A stretch of DNA of 64,000 nucleotides from Vicinamibacteria bacterium (GCA_965199715.1 OZ241322.1:1310824-1374823), one strand, 5' to 3'; positions 39,803 through 49,949 are shown, numbered from the stretch's first letter. The notes: generated by a model from the sequence alone, not told the origin. Translations and numbers: made by a program.

Positions 39803-41679
39803 TCCTCGCGCTGGCGCTCCTCACCGCCGCCGTCCAGGCGCCGGTGGAGCGCGCATGGGCCGCGATCGAGGAATCGAACCGGTTCGTTCCCGAGGAGTGG
39901 GCCGGGGAGACGCCCGAGGGGCGGATCGTCCTCGACGAACTCACGACCGCCGCCCGCGCCACGTACCGAAGCCGCCGCGCCGGCTTCCGGGCGACGCTCG
40001 GGCGCGCGCTCGCGGAGGCCGGCCGGCCGGAGGCGGCGCTGATCGAACTGCGGCGGGCGGCGGCGCTCGCGCCGAACCCGGAGACCTTCGAGGCCATCGC
40101 CGCGCTCCCCGGCCTTCCGATCGCCGAACGGGTGGAGGCGCTGCTGCTCGGCTGGCGGGCGGGCGGCGGACGCGATCCGTCGATCCGCGACGCGCTCGCC
40201 GCGACCGGGGCGTTTCCCCACGCCGACGCGATGGCGGCGGCGGTCGAGCGCTTTCGCTTCGGCGGTCCGGAGAGGGACCGGCTGCGCATCCCGGACGCGG
40301 TGGCGCTCGGGGAGTTCCCGTTTCCGGAGATGAGCCTCGCGGTCTCGGGCGGGGTCTGGTCCAGCCGGCGCTCGTTCGGGGAGGGGCGCGTCGTCGTGGT
40401 CTATCTGCCGCGCGCCGGCTGCGGGCGCTGCGGCGAAGTCCTCGACGGCTTGCAGACGATGCTGCGGACGCGGGGCGCGGACGTGATCGCGGCCGTCGAG
40501 GACGCCGACCTGCCGCTCGTGACCCGGATCGCCGAGCTGGCGGGCGCGGGGTTCTTCCAGCCGGAGCCGCAAGTCGCCTCGACCCGCGCCCGCATCGGCG
40601 GGAGGCCCATCGCGCACGTCGTCCGCCGCGCGGTCGTGCCGCCCGAGTTCGACGAAGAGGGGACGCTGTGGGTCGCGACGCGGTCGGGGTTCCTCGTCTT
40701 CCGGGCGCCGCTCGGCGAGGATCCGGTCCGCCGCTCGGTCGGGCCGCTCCTGCGGCTTTTCGACGAGCCGCCGTTTCCGGGCGGCGCGAAGCCGCTGGCT
40801 GGGCCTCCCGACGACGCTGAGGGGCTGATCCGGGCCATCGCCCCGCTGGAGGCGCTCGGGAACCCGGTCGGCGCGCTGGAGGAGCGCCTCGCCGAAGCGG
40901 TGCGCCGGGAGCTACGGACCGGCGGCGACCCGATGGCGCTGCTGGAGCGCGCGTCCGCGATCCGGGCGGGCGACCTCGCGCGCCGTCGGCTGCTCTCGGC
41001 CCGCTTCCCCCGGATCGGGGACCGGCTGCTGGAGGCCGCGCAAGGCCTCGATCCGACGATCCTCCGGGCCAGCGCGAGCGGCCTCCTGCGCACCGCGGTC
41101 GGCGACGGGAGCGTCGGACTCCAGCGCGCCTACGAGCGCGAGGACGGGAGCGTCGTACTGCTCCACGCGACCGTCGGCGCGGACGGCGCGGCGCAAGCGC
41201 TCGAGGTCGTCCCCGGACCGGCGGGCGGCGTGGTCCGGGCGGAGGACGGGTTCCGTTTCGCGCACGGCGCGTGCGTCTCGTGGGGCGAAACCGCGTGCCC
41301 GGCGCAGTTGCGGGGCTCGGCCGTGGTTGTGCGGCTCAGCCAGCTCGTGACCGAGGGGGACGCGCCCATGATCCAGCGCCGGGTGGACGGCGGCTCCGAG
41401 GACGAAGCGGTCGCGGCGCTCCTGCGGGGCCTCGACGCCTTCGCCGAGGGCCGCTGGGAGGACGCGGCGCGGGCGTTCGAGGCGGCGGTTCCCGGACCCG
41501 GCTCGCCGGTGGAGGAGGCCGCGCGGCGCTACAACCTCGCGACGACGCTCGCGCGCCTCGGCGACCGGGACGCGGCGCTCGGCATGCTCGAGGAGATCGG
41601 CGACGCGACCTTCCATCCGCTCGTCGAGAGCGCGGTGCGCGAGCTTTACCGGGCTACTCCAGACCCACGAGTCCCTTGA
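39799..41679 (+). CDS. Hypothetical secreted protein (626 aa) with thioredoxin-like CGRCGE region; function unknown
   Basis: GTG start overlapping aminotransferase stop; signal peptide ILALALLTAAVQAP; no recognisable catalytic family; VVVVYLPRAGCGRCGEVL looks like a TlpA/thioredoxin-like CxxC. Confidence 0.5.
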   Translation: MILALALLTAAVQAPVERAWAAIEESNRFVPEEWAGETPEGRIVLDELTTAARATYRSRRAGFRATLGRALAEAGRPEAALIELRRAAALAPNPETFEAIAALPGLPIAERVEALLLGWRAGGGRDPSIRDALAATGAFPHADAMAAAVERFRFGGPERDRLRIPDAVALGEFPFPEMSLAVSGGVWSSRRSFGEGRVVVVYLPRAGCGRCGEVLDGLQTMLRTRGADVIAAVEDADLPLVTRIAELAGAGFFQPEPQVASTRARIGGRPIAHVVRRAVVPPEFDEEGTLWVATRSGFLVFRAPLGEDPVRRSVGPLLRLFDEPPFPGGAKPLAGPPDDAEGLIRAIAPLEALGNPVGALEERLAEAVRRELRTGGDPMALLERASAIRAGDLARRRLLSARFPRIGDRLLEAAQGLDPTILRASASGLLRTAVGDGSVGLQRAYEREDGSVVLLHATVGADGAAQALEVVPGPAGGVVRAEDGFRFAHGACVSWGETACPAQLRGSAVVVRLSQLVTEGDAPMIQRRVDGGSEDEAVAALLRGLDAFAEGRWEDAARAFEAAVPGPGSPVEEAARRYNLATTLARLGDRDAALGMLEEIGDATFHPLVESAVRELYRATPDPRVP

Positions 41680-43063
41680 CCGAGTCGATGAGCTTGGCCG
41701 AGTCGTAGCCCACGCCGTCCTTGAAGACGGTCACGACGTTGCGGATCTGGAACGGATCCGCCACCGGGTCGCCGTGGATGAGCACGAGGTCGGCGATCTT
41801 GCCCGGCTCGACGCTGCCGAGGTCGGCGTCCACGCCGAGCACCCGGGCGCCGTTGAGCGACATCACCTGAATCGCCTCGGCGGGGGTGAACTCGGCCTCG
41901 AGCAGCAGCTCGTAGTTGCGCTGGTCCCCGAAACCGGGGAGCGCGCCGCCGTTTCCGGTCGGATCGACTCCGGCGGCGAGCAGTCCGCCCGCGCGGAAGA
42001 ACTGGTACTCGAACGCCTGCGCCTTCGGGAAGAGATCGGCGAAGACGGCGTCGCGGGCGCTCGCGATCTCTTCCCGGCGGGCGAGGTACTCGTCGCGGGC
42101 GCCCGGAGACAGCGCCTCGAGGTTGCGGTCCTCGAGCGGCGGCCGCCCGGGGACGGAGAGTTCATAGACCGCGAGCGTCGAGGTGAGCGCCACGTCGGCG
42201 TCGATCATGTGGCTGATGGTTCCCTGGACCGCGTCGGAGCCGACGTCGATGTCGCGCAGCGTGCCCCGGAAGTCGGGCGGGCACTCGTCGGGGTTCTTGG
42301 CCTCGTGGTACTCGGTGTTCGTGAAGAAGCCGTGCTCCAGCGCGTCGATCCCCATGTCCACCGCCTCCCGGAAGGTGACCGAGCACAGGTGGCCGGTGAA
42401 GCGGAGCCCGAGCTTGTGGGCCTCGTCGATGGCGGCGCCCAGCTCGGCGCGGGAGATCCGGGTGTAGGCCTTGAACCAGGTGGCGCCTTCCTCGGCCCAG
42501 TAGCGCACCACCCGCCGGGCGGACTCCGGGTCGGAGACCTGCGTCATGTAGGTGCTGGCTCCGGTCCCCGAGATGTAGGGGCCGGTGATGTGCATCCGCG
42601 GCCCGGCGATCTCGCCGGCGTCGATCGCCCGGCGCATGTTGATCTCGCTGTACGGCGAGTAGCTGCCGGTGGTGCGGATCGTGGTCACCCCGGCGGCGAG
42701 GTAGAGGCGCGGCGAGGTCGTGTTCATCTGGGAATGCCGCGCCGCCGTCGTGTAGAAGGTGTGGTTGTGGACCCCCACGAGCCCGGGGATGAGCGTGTGG
42801 CCGCTCCCGTCGATCCGGCGGGCGTTCTCCGGGATCTCGACGCTCCCGTCCGCGCCCACCGCCTGAATCCGTCCGTCCGCGATCACGACGGTCCGCCCGC
42901 TCGCCGGCGGGGATCCGACGCCGTCCACGACCTGGACTCCGGTGATCGCGACGACCGGCTCGGGAACCGAGACGAACCGCTGGACGTTCGCGGAGAGTTC
43001 CGACGCGGTCTGGGCGGAGGCGGCGGAAGCGACGAGCGCGGCGAGAAGGAGGAGGGAGCGCAT
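41654..43063 (-). CDS. Amidohydrolase family protein, secreted
   Basis: Start at internal ATG MRSLLLLAALVASAASAQ (residue 256 of track ORF 41654..43828); GLVGVHNHTFY metal-binding motif; 3' end overlaps previous gene by 26 nt. Confidence 0.7.
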   Translation of the reverse strand: MRSLLLLAALVASAASAQTASELSANVQRFVSVPEPVVAITGVQVVDGVGSPPASGRTVVIADGRIQAVGADGSVEIPENARRIDGSGHTLIPGLVGVHNHTFYTTAARHSQMNTTSPRLYLAAGVTTIRTTGSYSPYSEINMRRAIDAGEIAGPRMHITGPYISGTGASTYMTQVSDPESARRVVRYWAEEGATWFKAYTRISRAELGAAIDEAHKLGLRFTGHLCSVTFREAVDMGIDALEHGFFTNTEYHEAKNPDECPPDFRGTLRDIDVGSDAVQGTISHMIDADVALTSTLAVYELSVPGRPPLEDRNLEALSPGARDEYLARREEIASARDAVFADLFPKAQAFEYQFFRAGGLLAAGVDPTGNGGALPGFGDQRNYELLLEAEFTPAEAIQVMSLNGARVLGVDADLGSVEPGKIADLVLIHGDPVADPFQIRNVVTVFKDGVGYDSAKLIDSVKGLVGLE

Positions 43064-43102
43064 CAGCCGATGGTAGCGAACCGTGCGAGAATTGCGGTTC
43101 TC

Positions 43103-44272
43103 ATGACGCGATTCCTTCTTCCCACGCTCCTGGTCGGCGGACTCGCGACGGCGCAGACACTCGAGAGCCCGGCCGGACCCGAGAGCGGCCAGTACTCGCT
43201 GACCGTCGGCGAGGAGGGGCCGGTGCTGCTGAGCTGGATCGAGCCCTCGGCCGACGGCCACGCCCTCTTGTTCTCCGAACTGGGCGAGGAAGGATGGGGC
43301 GCACCGAAGACGATCGCCGAGGGCGCGGACCTCTTCGTGAATTGGGCCGACCGCCCGGCGATGGTGGCCATCGGCGGCGACCGGATGGCGGCGCACTGGC
43401 TCGTGAAGCATCCGGGAGCGAGCGGCCCCTACGGCTCGGGGGTCCGGGTGGCGCACTCGTTCGACCGGGGCGCGACGTGGCGCGAGGTGTACTCGATGGG
43501 TCTCGGCGACTCCGAGAACTACACCGGCTTCGTGGCGTACGCGCTGGAACCGGGCGGATTCTCCGGGGCGTACCTGGCCCCGAAGCCGGGCGACTCCGAC
43601 GTGATGACGCTGCGGATGGTGCGCTTCCACGTGGACGGCCACCCGCTCAGCGACCAGTTGCTGGACGAGAACGTGTGCAACTGCTGCCCGCTCGGCATGG
43701 CCACGAGCGCGCTCGGACCGCTCGTCGCGTACCGGGACCGCCATCCCGACCCGCCGAAGGACGACGTGCGCGACGTCGCCGTCCGCCGCCGGGTGCGCGA
43801 GGTCTGGGAGGCGGACAAGCTGGTGCACGCGGACGGCTGGCGGATCAACGGCTGTCCGGTGAACGGCCCGGCCGCGGCGGCGAGCGGCAACACCGCGGCG
43901 ATCGCGTGGTTCACGGCGGCCGGCGGCGAGCCGGAGCTGCGGCTCGCGTTCTCGGGGAACGGGGCCGAGGGCTTCACCCCGCCGGTGCGCTTCGACGAGG
44001 GCGCGCCCATCGGCTGGGCGGACGTCGCGCTGCTCGAGGACGGCACCGCCGCGATCGTCTGGCTGGAGCGGGGCGAGGGAGACCGCGCCGAGGTCCGGCT
44101 GCGGCGGATGACGCAGGACGGGCTGCCCAGCGAGTCCATGGTCGTGGCCGAGGCGCCGGCGGGCCGCGAGGCCGGAATGCCGCAGCTCGAACGCCTCGAG
44201 GACCGGCTGATCGTCGCGTGGCGCGACGGGGGCGTCCGCACCGCCGCCGTCGAGACCGGGGCGCTCCAGTGA
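43103..44272 (+). CDS. Secreted BNR/Asp-box repeat (sialidase-like beta-propeller) protein
   Basis: ATG in frame with track ORF 41774..44272; signal peptide; Asp-box SFDRGATW; propeller-like repeats. Confidence 0.5.
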   Translation: MTRFLLPTLLVGGLATAQTLESPAGPESGQYSLTVGEEGPVLLSWIEPSADGHALLFSELGEEGWGAPKTIAEGADLFVNWADRPAMVAIGGDRMAAHWLVKHPGASGPYGSGVRVAHSFDRGATWREVYSMGLGDSENYTGFVAYALEPGGFSGAYLAPKPGDSDVMTLRMVRFHVDGHPLSDQLLDENVCNCCPLGMATSALGPLVAYRDRHPDPPKDDVRDVAVRRRVREVWEADKLVHADGWRINGCPVNGPAAAASGNTAAIAWFTAAGGEPELRLAFSGNGAEGFTPPVRFDEGAPIGWADVALLEDGTAAIVWLERGEGDRAEVRLRRMTQDGLPSESMVVAEAPAGREAGMPQLERLEDRLIVAWRDGGVRTAAVETGALQ

Positions 44273-46173
44273 TCGGGCTCCTGCTCCTCGCGCTCGGGAC
44301 GGGCGCCATGGCCGAGGAGCCGCCGCTCGACGCGTTCCGGGCGCAGATCGGCCTGCGCGCGGCGGGAAGTCCGCGCATCTCTCCGGACGGGACCCGGATC
44401 GCCTATTCGGTCACGACCGCCGACTGGGAGGCCAACCGGTTCGACCAGGAGATCTGGCTGGACGGATTCCCGCTCACCCGCGACGACGAGGGGAGCAGCT
44501 CCGCGCCGCAGTGGTCGCCCGACGGCGCCCGGATCGCGTTCCTGCGGGACGAGCAGGTCCATTGGATCCGCGCGGACGGCGGCGAGGCCGAACCGCTGAC
44601 GGACCACGAGGGCGGCGTGCGGTCGTTCCGATTCGCGCCGGGCGGGGGCCGGATCGCCTTCGTCGCCCGCGACGCGGACGCGACCGAGGAGCGGGAGGAG
44701 GACTTCGGCGCCTACGCGGTCGAGGACGCCGACTTCCGGATGTCCCACCTGTGGGTCATGGACGTCGGCGGCGAGCCGCGCCGGCTGACCGAGGGCGACG
44801 GCTTCACCGTCGGGAGCTTCGACTGGTCGCCGGACGGCGAGGAGATCGCCTTCGACCACACCCCCGATCCCCGGATCGACTCGTTCCGGGAGGCGGACGT
44901 CTCGGTGGTCGGGGTCGCGACCGGAGCCGTCCGGCCGCTGGCCCGGGCGCCCGGCCGCCAGCGCGGGCCGATGTGGTCGCCGGACGGCGCCGAGGTGCTC
45001 ATCTCCACGTCCGCCGAGGCGAGCCCGTACTACGGGAACTCCGAGCTCGCGGCGGTTCCGCGCGACGGCGGCGAGCCCCGGCTCCTCACGGCCGACTTCG
45101 ACGAGAACCCGTCGGCCGTGGCGTGGACCGACGCGGGGATCCTCTTTCTCGCCACGCAGCGGACGGCGCGCCATCTGTTCGCGCTGGACCCGGCCTCGGG
45201 AACGGTGCGCGTGAAGCGGGACGACCCCGAGATGCTCATGGCCGCCGACGTCGCGGCCGACGGCTCGATGGCGGTGGTCGCGGAGTCGCGAAGCTCGCTC
45301 GGAGAGGTCTTCCGCGTCGCCCCGGACGGAGCCCTGGAGCCGGTCACCGACATGACGGAACAGGTCGCCGACTGGGGCGATCTCGGCGAGCGCGAGGTGA
45401 TTCGCTGGGAGAGCGAGGACGGGGTCGAGATCGAGGGCGTGCTGATGAAGCCGCCGGGTTTCGACCCGAACGCCCGCCATCCGTTGATGGTGGTGATCCA
45501 CGGCGGGCCGACCGGCACTTCGCGCCCGCAGCTCGTCGGCGGCTACGTCTATCCGGTGATGGAGTGGCTGCGGCGCGGCGCGCTCGTGATGATGCCCAAC
45601 TACCGGGGCTCCGCCGGCTACGGCGCCGACTTCCGGGCGCTCAACGTGCGGAACCTCGGCGTGGGCGACGCCTGGGACGTGCTCTCCGGGGTCGAGAGCC
45701 TCGTGGAGCGGGGGATCGCCGACCCCGACCGGATCGGCGCGATGGGATGGAGCCAGGGCGGGTACATCTCGGCGTTCCTGACCACGACGAGCGACCGCTT
45801 CCGGGCGATCTCGGTGGGAGCCGGGATCTCGAACTGGATGACGTACTACGTGAACACCGACATCCACGGCTTCACCCGCGCCTACCTCAAGGCCACGCCG
45901 TGGGACGACCCGGACATCTACGCGAGGACCTCGCCGATGACGACGATCCGGCGAGCGAACACGCCGACGCTCATCCAGCACGGCGAGTTCGACGCGCGGG
46001 TGCCCACGCCGAACGCCTACGAGCTGTACCAGGGCCTCCAGGACGTGGGCGTCGAGACCCGGCTCGTGATCTACGAGGGCTTCGGGCACGGGATCAACAA
46101 GCCCCGCGAGCGGCTCGCCGCGATGGTCCACAACTGGGAGTGGTTCGACCGCCACTTGTGGGACGGGAACTGA
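44269..46173 (+). CDS. S9 family serine peptidase (prolyl oligopeptidase/dipeptidyl-peptidase-like: beta-propeller + alpha/beta hydrolase)
   Basis: GTG overlapping upstream stop; catalytic serine GWSQGG, C-terminal D and H (GFGHG); TolB-like WSPDG repeats. Confidence 0.8.
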   Translation: MIGLLLLALGTGAMAEEPPLDAFRAQIGLRAAGSPRISPDGTRIAYSVTTADWEANRFDQEIWLDGFPLTRDDEGSSSAPQWSPDGARIAFLRDEQVHWIRADGGEAEPLTDHEGGVRSFRFAPGGGRIAFVARDADATEEREEDFGAYAVEDADFRMSHLWVMDVGGEPRRLTEGDGFTVGSFDWSPDGEEIAFDHTPDPRIDSFREADVSVVGVATGAVRPLARAPGRQRGPMWSPDGAEVLISTSAEASPYYGNSELAAVPRDGGEPRLLTADFDENPSAVAWTDAGILFLATQRTARHLFALDPASGTVRVKRDDPEMLMAADVAADGSMAVVAESRSSLGEVFRVAPDGALEPVTDMTEQVADWGDLGEREVIRWESEDGVEIEGVLMKPPGFDPNARHPLMVVIHGGPTGTSRPQLVGGYVYPVMEWLRRGALVMMPNYRGSAGYGADFRALNVRNLGVGDAWDVLSGVESLVERGIADPDRIGAMGWSQGGYISAFLTTTSDRFRAISVGAGISNWMTYYVNTDIHGFTRAYLKATPWDDPDIYARTSPMTTIRRANTPTLIQHGEFDARVPTPNAYELYQGLQDVGVETRLVIYEGFGHGINKPRERLAAMVHNWEWFDRHLWDGN

Positions 46174-46176
46174 CGC

Positions 46177-48321
46177 TCAGGGATCGACTTCGAAGACGAA
46201 CCGCATCCCGGCCTCGAGGTGCTCGGCGATGTGGCAGTGGGCCATCCACTTGCCCGGGTTCGTGATCTCCAGCACGAGATCCACGGTCTCGCCGGCGGCG
46301 ATGAGCACCGTGTCCTTGAAGACCTGATTCTCGACGAGCGAGCCGTTGCGGTGCGTCACGAGGAAGCGCTGGCCGTGGATGTGGAAGGGGTGCTGCATCG
46401 CGTGCATCGCCCCGGCGTCGTTCCCGATCCGCAGGCGCACGACGTCGCCGACCCGGAACCGCCACGCTACGTCCATGTTCTCGCGGCCGGTCGAAGGTTC
46501 GCGGACGGTCCACCGGATCTCCTGCGGCGTGGCGACCGAGTTCATCATCGGCATCGTGTCGGCCCACTCCACCGGCGGGAAGAAGACCCGGTCGGCGCGC
46601 ATCCGCTGCATGATGGCGGGGTCCATCCCCTCGACCTCCATGGTGAGCAGCAGCTCGTAGTCGGGCGGATCGTCGAAGCGGTCCCGGAACCGGTCCACGT
46701 CGGCGACCACCCGGAAGTCCTCGCGCAGCTCGCCGAATGAGTCGGCCGGCGCGTCGGCCGGACGGACGGTGACCGCGCCGAGATCGGTGGACCGGGAGAA
46801 ATAGCCGCCGAAGGTGTGCTCCAGCGGCCGGACCCGGTTGCGGATCCGGTGTTCGCCGGGCTCGTCCCAGACCACGTCGATGATGTAGCGCTCCGCTGGA
46901 GCCAGCGCGACCGAGTCCACGAAGACCTCGCGCTCGAACGGCGAGAGATCGGAGCCGAGCGCCTTGATCCGGTGCGTTCCCGGCCCGCCGAACACGAGGT
47001 TGAACGTGCGGGTGTTGGAGACGTTCGTCAGGAAGAACCGGACCACTTCGCCCCGCGCCACTTCGATGTCGTGGGACGGCTCGCCGTTCACCAGCATGAG
47101 GTTGCCGAACCGGCCCATGAGCGCGTGGGTGGGCCGCTCGGTTCCCCACGGAAACAGGCTACCGTCGTCGGCGATGAGGAGGTCGTCCAGCATCAGGATC
47201 TCCTCGCGATCGACCGGCGGGTACCACTCGTCGGGCGGCGCCTCGACCAGCATGTTCCCGTACAGGCCGAGGTCCTGCTGGACCTCCTCCCGGTGGTGCG
47301 GGTGGTACCAATAGAGGCCGGCGTCGCGGAAGAAGATCCGGTACTCGAACCGGCCGCCCGGCGGGACCGGGTCCTGGGTCAGGTGGGGAACCCCGTCGTA
47401 CCGGTTCTCCAGCCGGACCCCGTGCCAGTGGATCGCCGTGGGCCATGGGGTGTGGTTCTCGAAGTTCACGTGGATCGTGGAGTTCCGGTCCACGTGGATC
47501 AGCGGCCCCGGGTACTGGCCGTTGAAGCCGTACATGAGCCGGTCGCGGCCCCCGACGGTCCGGCGCACCGGGCCCGCCAGGAGGTCGAGCGTCTGCCCGT
47601 CCCGCAGCCGGGCGACCCGTGACGGAACCGCTTCAGGGGCGTCCGCGTCCTCCGGGAGGAACGGGGTCGGCTCGGGGCGAAGCTGGCCGAGGCCGGGGAT
47701 CATCGGGGTCTCCTCCAGCATCGGCGGATGGCTCCAGCGCGGCCCGTCCCCGTGGCCGGAGTGGTCCATGTGGGCTTGGTCCGTCGCGCTCGCGGCGCCC
47801 GCCTCGCCGACGCCGCTCACCGGGACCATGAGGTGGTTGTCGGGGAGGATGCGGGTGGAGGGCGACGCGCCCCGGAGGATCAGCCTCCCGGCGCGGGTCT
47901 CCGGGTCGGGCCGGGCCTCGGCGCTGACGAGGATCACGAACTTGTCGAAGGCGACCGGACCGAGGTCCTCGAAGGTTCCGTTCCCGACCTCGCCGAGCCG
48001 GACGACCGGATCCATGACCGGCGTCGTCGCCCACGCGACGTAGTGCCCGAAGTCGCCGAGCGAGGCCGGGTCGGGAAGCCCCTCGATCTCGAGGTCGAGG
48101 CGGTAGCGCTGGCTCCCGTCGCGCGTCACCGAGATCCCGAACGGGCTCGGATCCCGGCGCAGGAAGCCGGTTCCGCCGGCGGGGGCCAGATCGGGGGTCG
48201 GATAGAGTGCGATGCGGTTGAGGCCGGGCGCGCCTCGCTCGGGGATCTGCGCTCCGAGCGTCGCGAGGAGAACCGCGAGCAGCGCCGCGCCCCTGGGAAC
48301 GAACGCATGCCCCTGAGCCAT
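46177..48321 (-). CDS. Multicopper oxidase with N-terminal extra domain and His/Met-rich segment, secreted
   Basis: Start at internal ATG MAQGHAFVPRGAALLAVLLATLGA (residue 301 of track ORF); copper ligands HWHG, HPHH, HPFHIHG, HCHIAEHLEAGM; Met/His-rich AHMDHSGHGD. Confidence 0.8.
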   Translation of the reverse strand: MAQGHAFVPRGAALLAVLLATLGAQIPERGAPGLNRIALYPTPDLAPAGGTGFLRRDPSPFGISVTRDGSQRYRLDLEIEGLPDPASLGDFGHYVAWATTPVMDPVVRLGEVGNGTFEDLGPVAFDKFVILVSAEARPDPETRAGRLILRGASPSTRILPDNHLMVPVSGVGEAGAASATDQAHMDHSGHGDGPRWSHPPMLEETPMIPGLGQLRPEPTPFLPEDADAPEAVPSRVARLRDGQTLDLLAGPVRRTVGGRDRLMYGFNGQYPGPLIHVDRNSTIHVNFENHTPWPTAIHWHGVRLENRYDGVPHLTQDPVPPGGRFEYRIFFRDAGLYWYHPHHREEVQQDLGLYGNMLVEAPPDEWYPPVDREEILMLDDLLIADDGSLFPWGTERPTHALMGRFGNLMLVNGEPSHDIEVARGEVVRFFLTNVSNTRTFNLVFGGPGTHRIKALGSDLSPFEREVFVDSVALAPAERYIIDVVWDEPGEHRIRNRVRPLEHTFGGYFSRSTDLGAVTVRPADAPADSFGELREDFRVVADVDRFRDRFDDPPDYELLLTMEVEGMDPAIMQRMRADRVFFPPVEWADTMPMMNSVATPQEIRWTVREPSTGRENMDVAWRFRVGDVVRLRIGNDAGAMHAMQHPFHIHGQRFLVTHRNGSLVENQVFKDTVLIAAGETVDLVLEITNPGKWMAHCHIAEHLEAGMRFVFEVDP

Positions 48322-48897
48322 CTGTTGATTATCGTTGCGGCCGCCGCCGCTCCGGACGCCGTCCTCGACAACCCGTGGGCGACGGTGCATCGCAACGCCG
48401 CGCCGTGCGCTTCCAGCGGACCCGGCTGCCACCACCGGGTCGTCGTGGCCTTCGGCGACGTCACGGTGCGCCCGGAGGCGGGCGAGCCCAGCAAGCTCGG
48501 GTACGCGGACGTCTTCGTCGCCGGGCCGGGAGAGTCCTACCGGGTCGAGGGGCCCGAGTTCGCCGAAGTGAATCTGAAGGCCGATCCGCCGCCGGTCCAG
48601 GGGCCGGAGGAGACCATCGCCGCCGGCAAGAACGAGCGGCTCCACACCTGCGAGGAGTTCTTCGTGTTCGAGGAGCGCCTCGAGCCGGGCGACCTCCGGG
48701 AGCGGCACTCGCACGCGCAGCGGGTCGTGCTGGTGATGGGAGCCACCGAACTCCGGCAGTGGCCCGACGGGCAGCCGGAAGTGTTCAAGACCCAGATTCC
48801 CGGCACGATCAAGTTCAACCCGCCGGTGATCCACGTGGTCAAGAACATCGGCGACGCCCCGCTGCGGAACATCGTGATCGAGCTGATCCCGCGCTGA
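48307..48897 (+). CDS. Cupin-domain protein
   Basis: ATG at residue 194 of track ORF 47728..48897; C-terminal cupin beta-barrel motifs (HSHAQRVVLVMGATEL...PPVIHVVKNIG); start uncertain (overlaps MCO start by 15 nt on the opposite strand). Confidence 0.45.
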   Translation: MPLSHLLIIVAAAAAPDAVLDNPWATVHRNAAPCASSGPGCHHRVVVAFGDVTVRPEAGEPSKLGYADVFVAGPGESYRVEGPEFAEVNLKADPPPVQGPEETIAAGKNERLHTCEEFFVFEERLEPGDLRERHSHAQRVVLVMGATELRQWPDGQPEVFKTQIPGTIKFNPPVIHVVKNIGDAPLRNIVIELIPR

Positions 48898-48899
48898 CC

Positions 48900-49949
48900 C
48901 TACGTTCGGGAGACCGCGCCGATCTCGCCGGTCTCGTGGTACTTGTCTCCGTAGTACTTGCTCGTGATCCGGGTGTGGAAGTCCTCGGCGCGCACCGGCG
49001 GGTAGAGCGGCGCCCCCTGGTTCGGAAGCACTTCCAGCAGCTCGTCCTCCCAGACATAGACGGCCATCGGGAAGGACGTGCGGCAGCGGGCGCGCGCCGC
49101 CGGATCCCGGGGCGCGGCCACCCGGTGGGTCGTGGAGGGCAGGCGGTTGTTCGTGATCCGCTGCATGTAGTCGCCGGTGTTCAGGACGATCGTGCCGGGA
49201 GGCGCCTCGACGCGCACCCACTTCATGGTCTTCCGGTGGAGGAGCTGCAGCCCCTCGGTCTCGGCGGCCGGGAGGATCGTGAAGAGGTCCACGTCCTCGT
49301 GTCCGAGCATCCGGCCCGAGGTTCCGGTCATCGGCGGGTAGTAGTTCAGCCGGAACCCGAAATTCGTCTCGGCGAGGCGCTCGTCGTACAGGCCGGGCGG
49401 CTCGCCGAGGTACGTGAGGATCGCCCGCATGATCGGGTGGACGAGCGCCTCGTGGGCGAGCACGAGCTTGCGGAAGAACGCCTCATGGCCGGCTGAGGGC
49501 CAAAACCGCGACTCGTCCCAATCCGGGTCGCCGTCGAGGTCGAACGCGCGCCGGCAGAACACCCAGCCCTCGACCAGGTCGGGGTGGATGTTCGAGGTCT
49601 CCCGCATCGGGAAGTAGCCCTGGTTCACCGAGCCCTGCCGCTCGGCGCGGAAGCGCATCTTCTCCTCGAGCGAATGCCCCTCGAAGAACACCCGGGTGCG
49701 CCGGTGCGCCTCGGCGTAGAGCGCCGGATCGACGCCGTGGCCGGTCAGGATCGCGAAGCCGCTGTCCTCGAGCGACTCGCCGAGCGCCCGGACTCCTTCC
49801 TCGGAGTCGAGGCGGGAGAGGTCGCAGGGCTCGAGGACGAAGGCGTCGTCGAACCCCTCGTGCGCGCCCTCGGCGAGGCGGTAGCGCTGGAGCTTCTGGA
49901 CCTGCTCGAAGCCACGCAGCTCCTGATTGAACTGCGCCGCCCCCCTCAC
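48900..49949 (-). CDS. 2-oxoglutarate/Fe(II)-dependent oxygenase (isopenicillin-N-synthase-like family)
   Basis: GTG start overlapping dipeptidase stop (GTGA), residue 429 of track ORF 48900..51233; HxD...H facial triad region (HEDVDLFTILP ... NNRLPSTTHRV). Confidence 0.65.
   Translation of the reverse strand: MRGAAQFNQELRGFEQVQKLQRYRLAEGAHEGFDDAFVLEPCDLSRLDSEEGVRALGESLEDSGFAILTGHGVDPALYAEAHRRTRVFFEGHSLEEKMRFRAERQGSVNQGYFPMRETSNIHPDLVEGWVFCRRAFDLDGDPDWDESRFWPSAGHEAFFRKLVLAHEALVHPIMRAILTYLGEPPGLYDERLAETNFGFRLNYYPPMTGTSGRMLGHEDVDLFTILPAAETEGLQLLHRKTMKWVRVEAPPGTIVLNTGDYMQRITNNRLPSTTHRVAAPRDPAARARCRTSFPMAVYVWEDELLEVLPNQGAPLYPPVRAEDFHTRITSKYYGDKYHETGEIGAVSRT

Noticed and set aside
43064-43102. 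Inverted repeat GAACCG-N11-CGGTTC between divergent amidohydrolase and BNR-protein genes as an operator
   Set aside because: Only 6-bp arms and no adjacent regulator gene; too weak to call.
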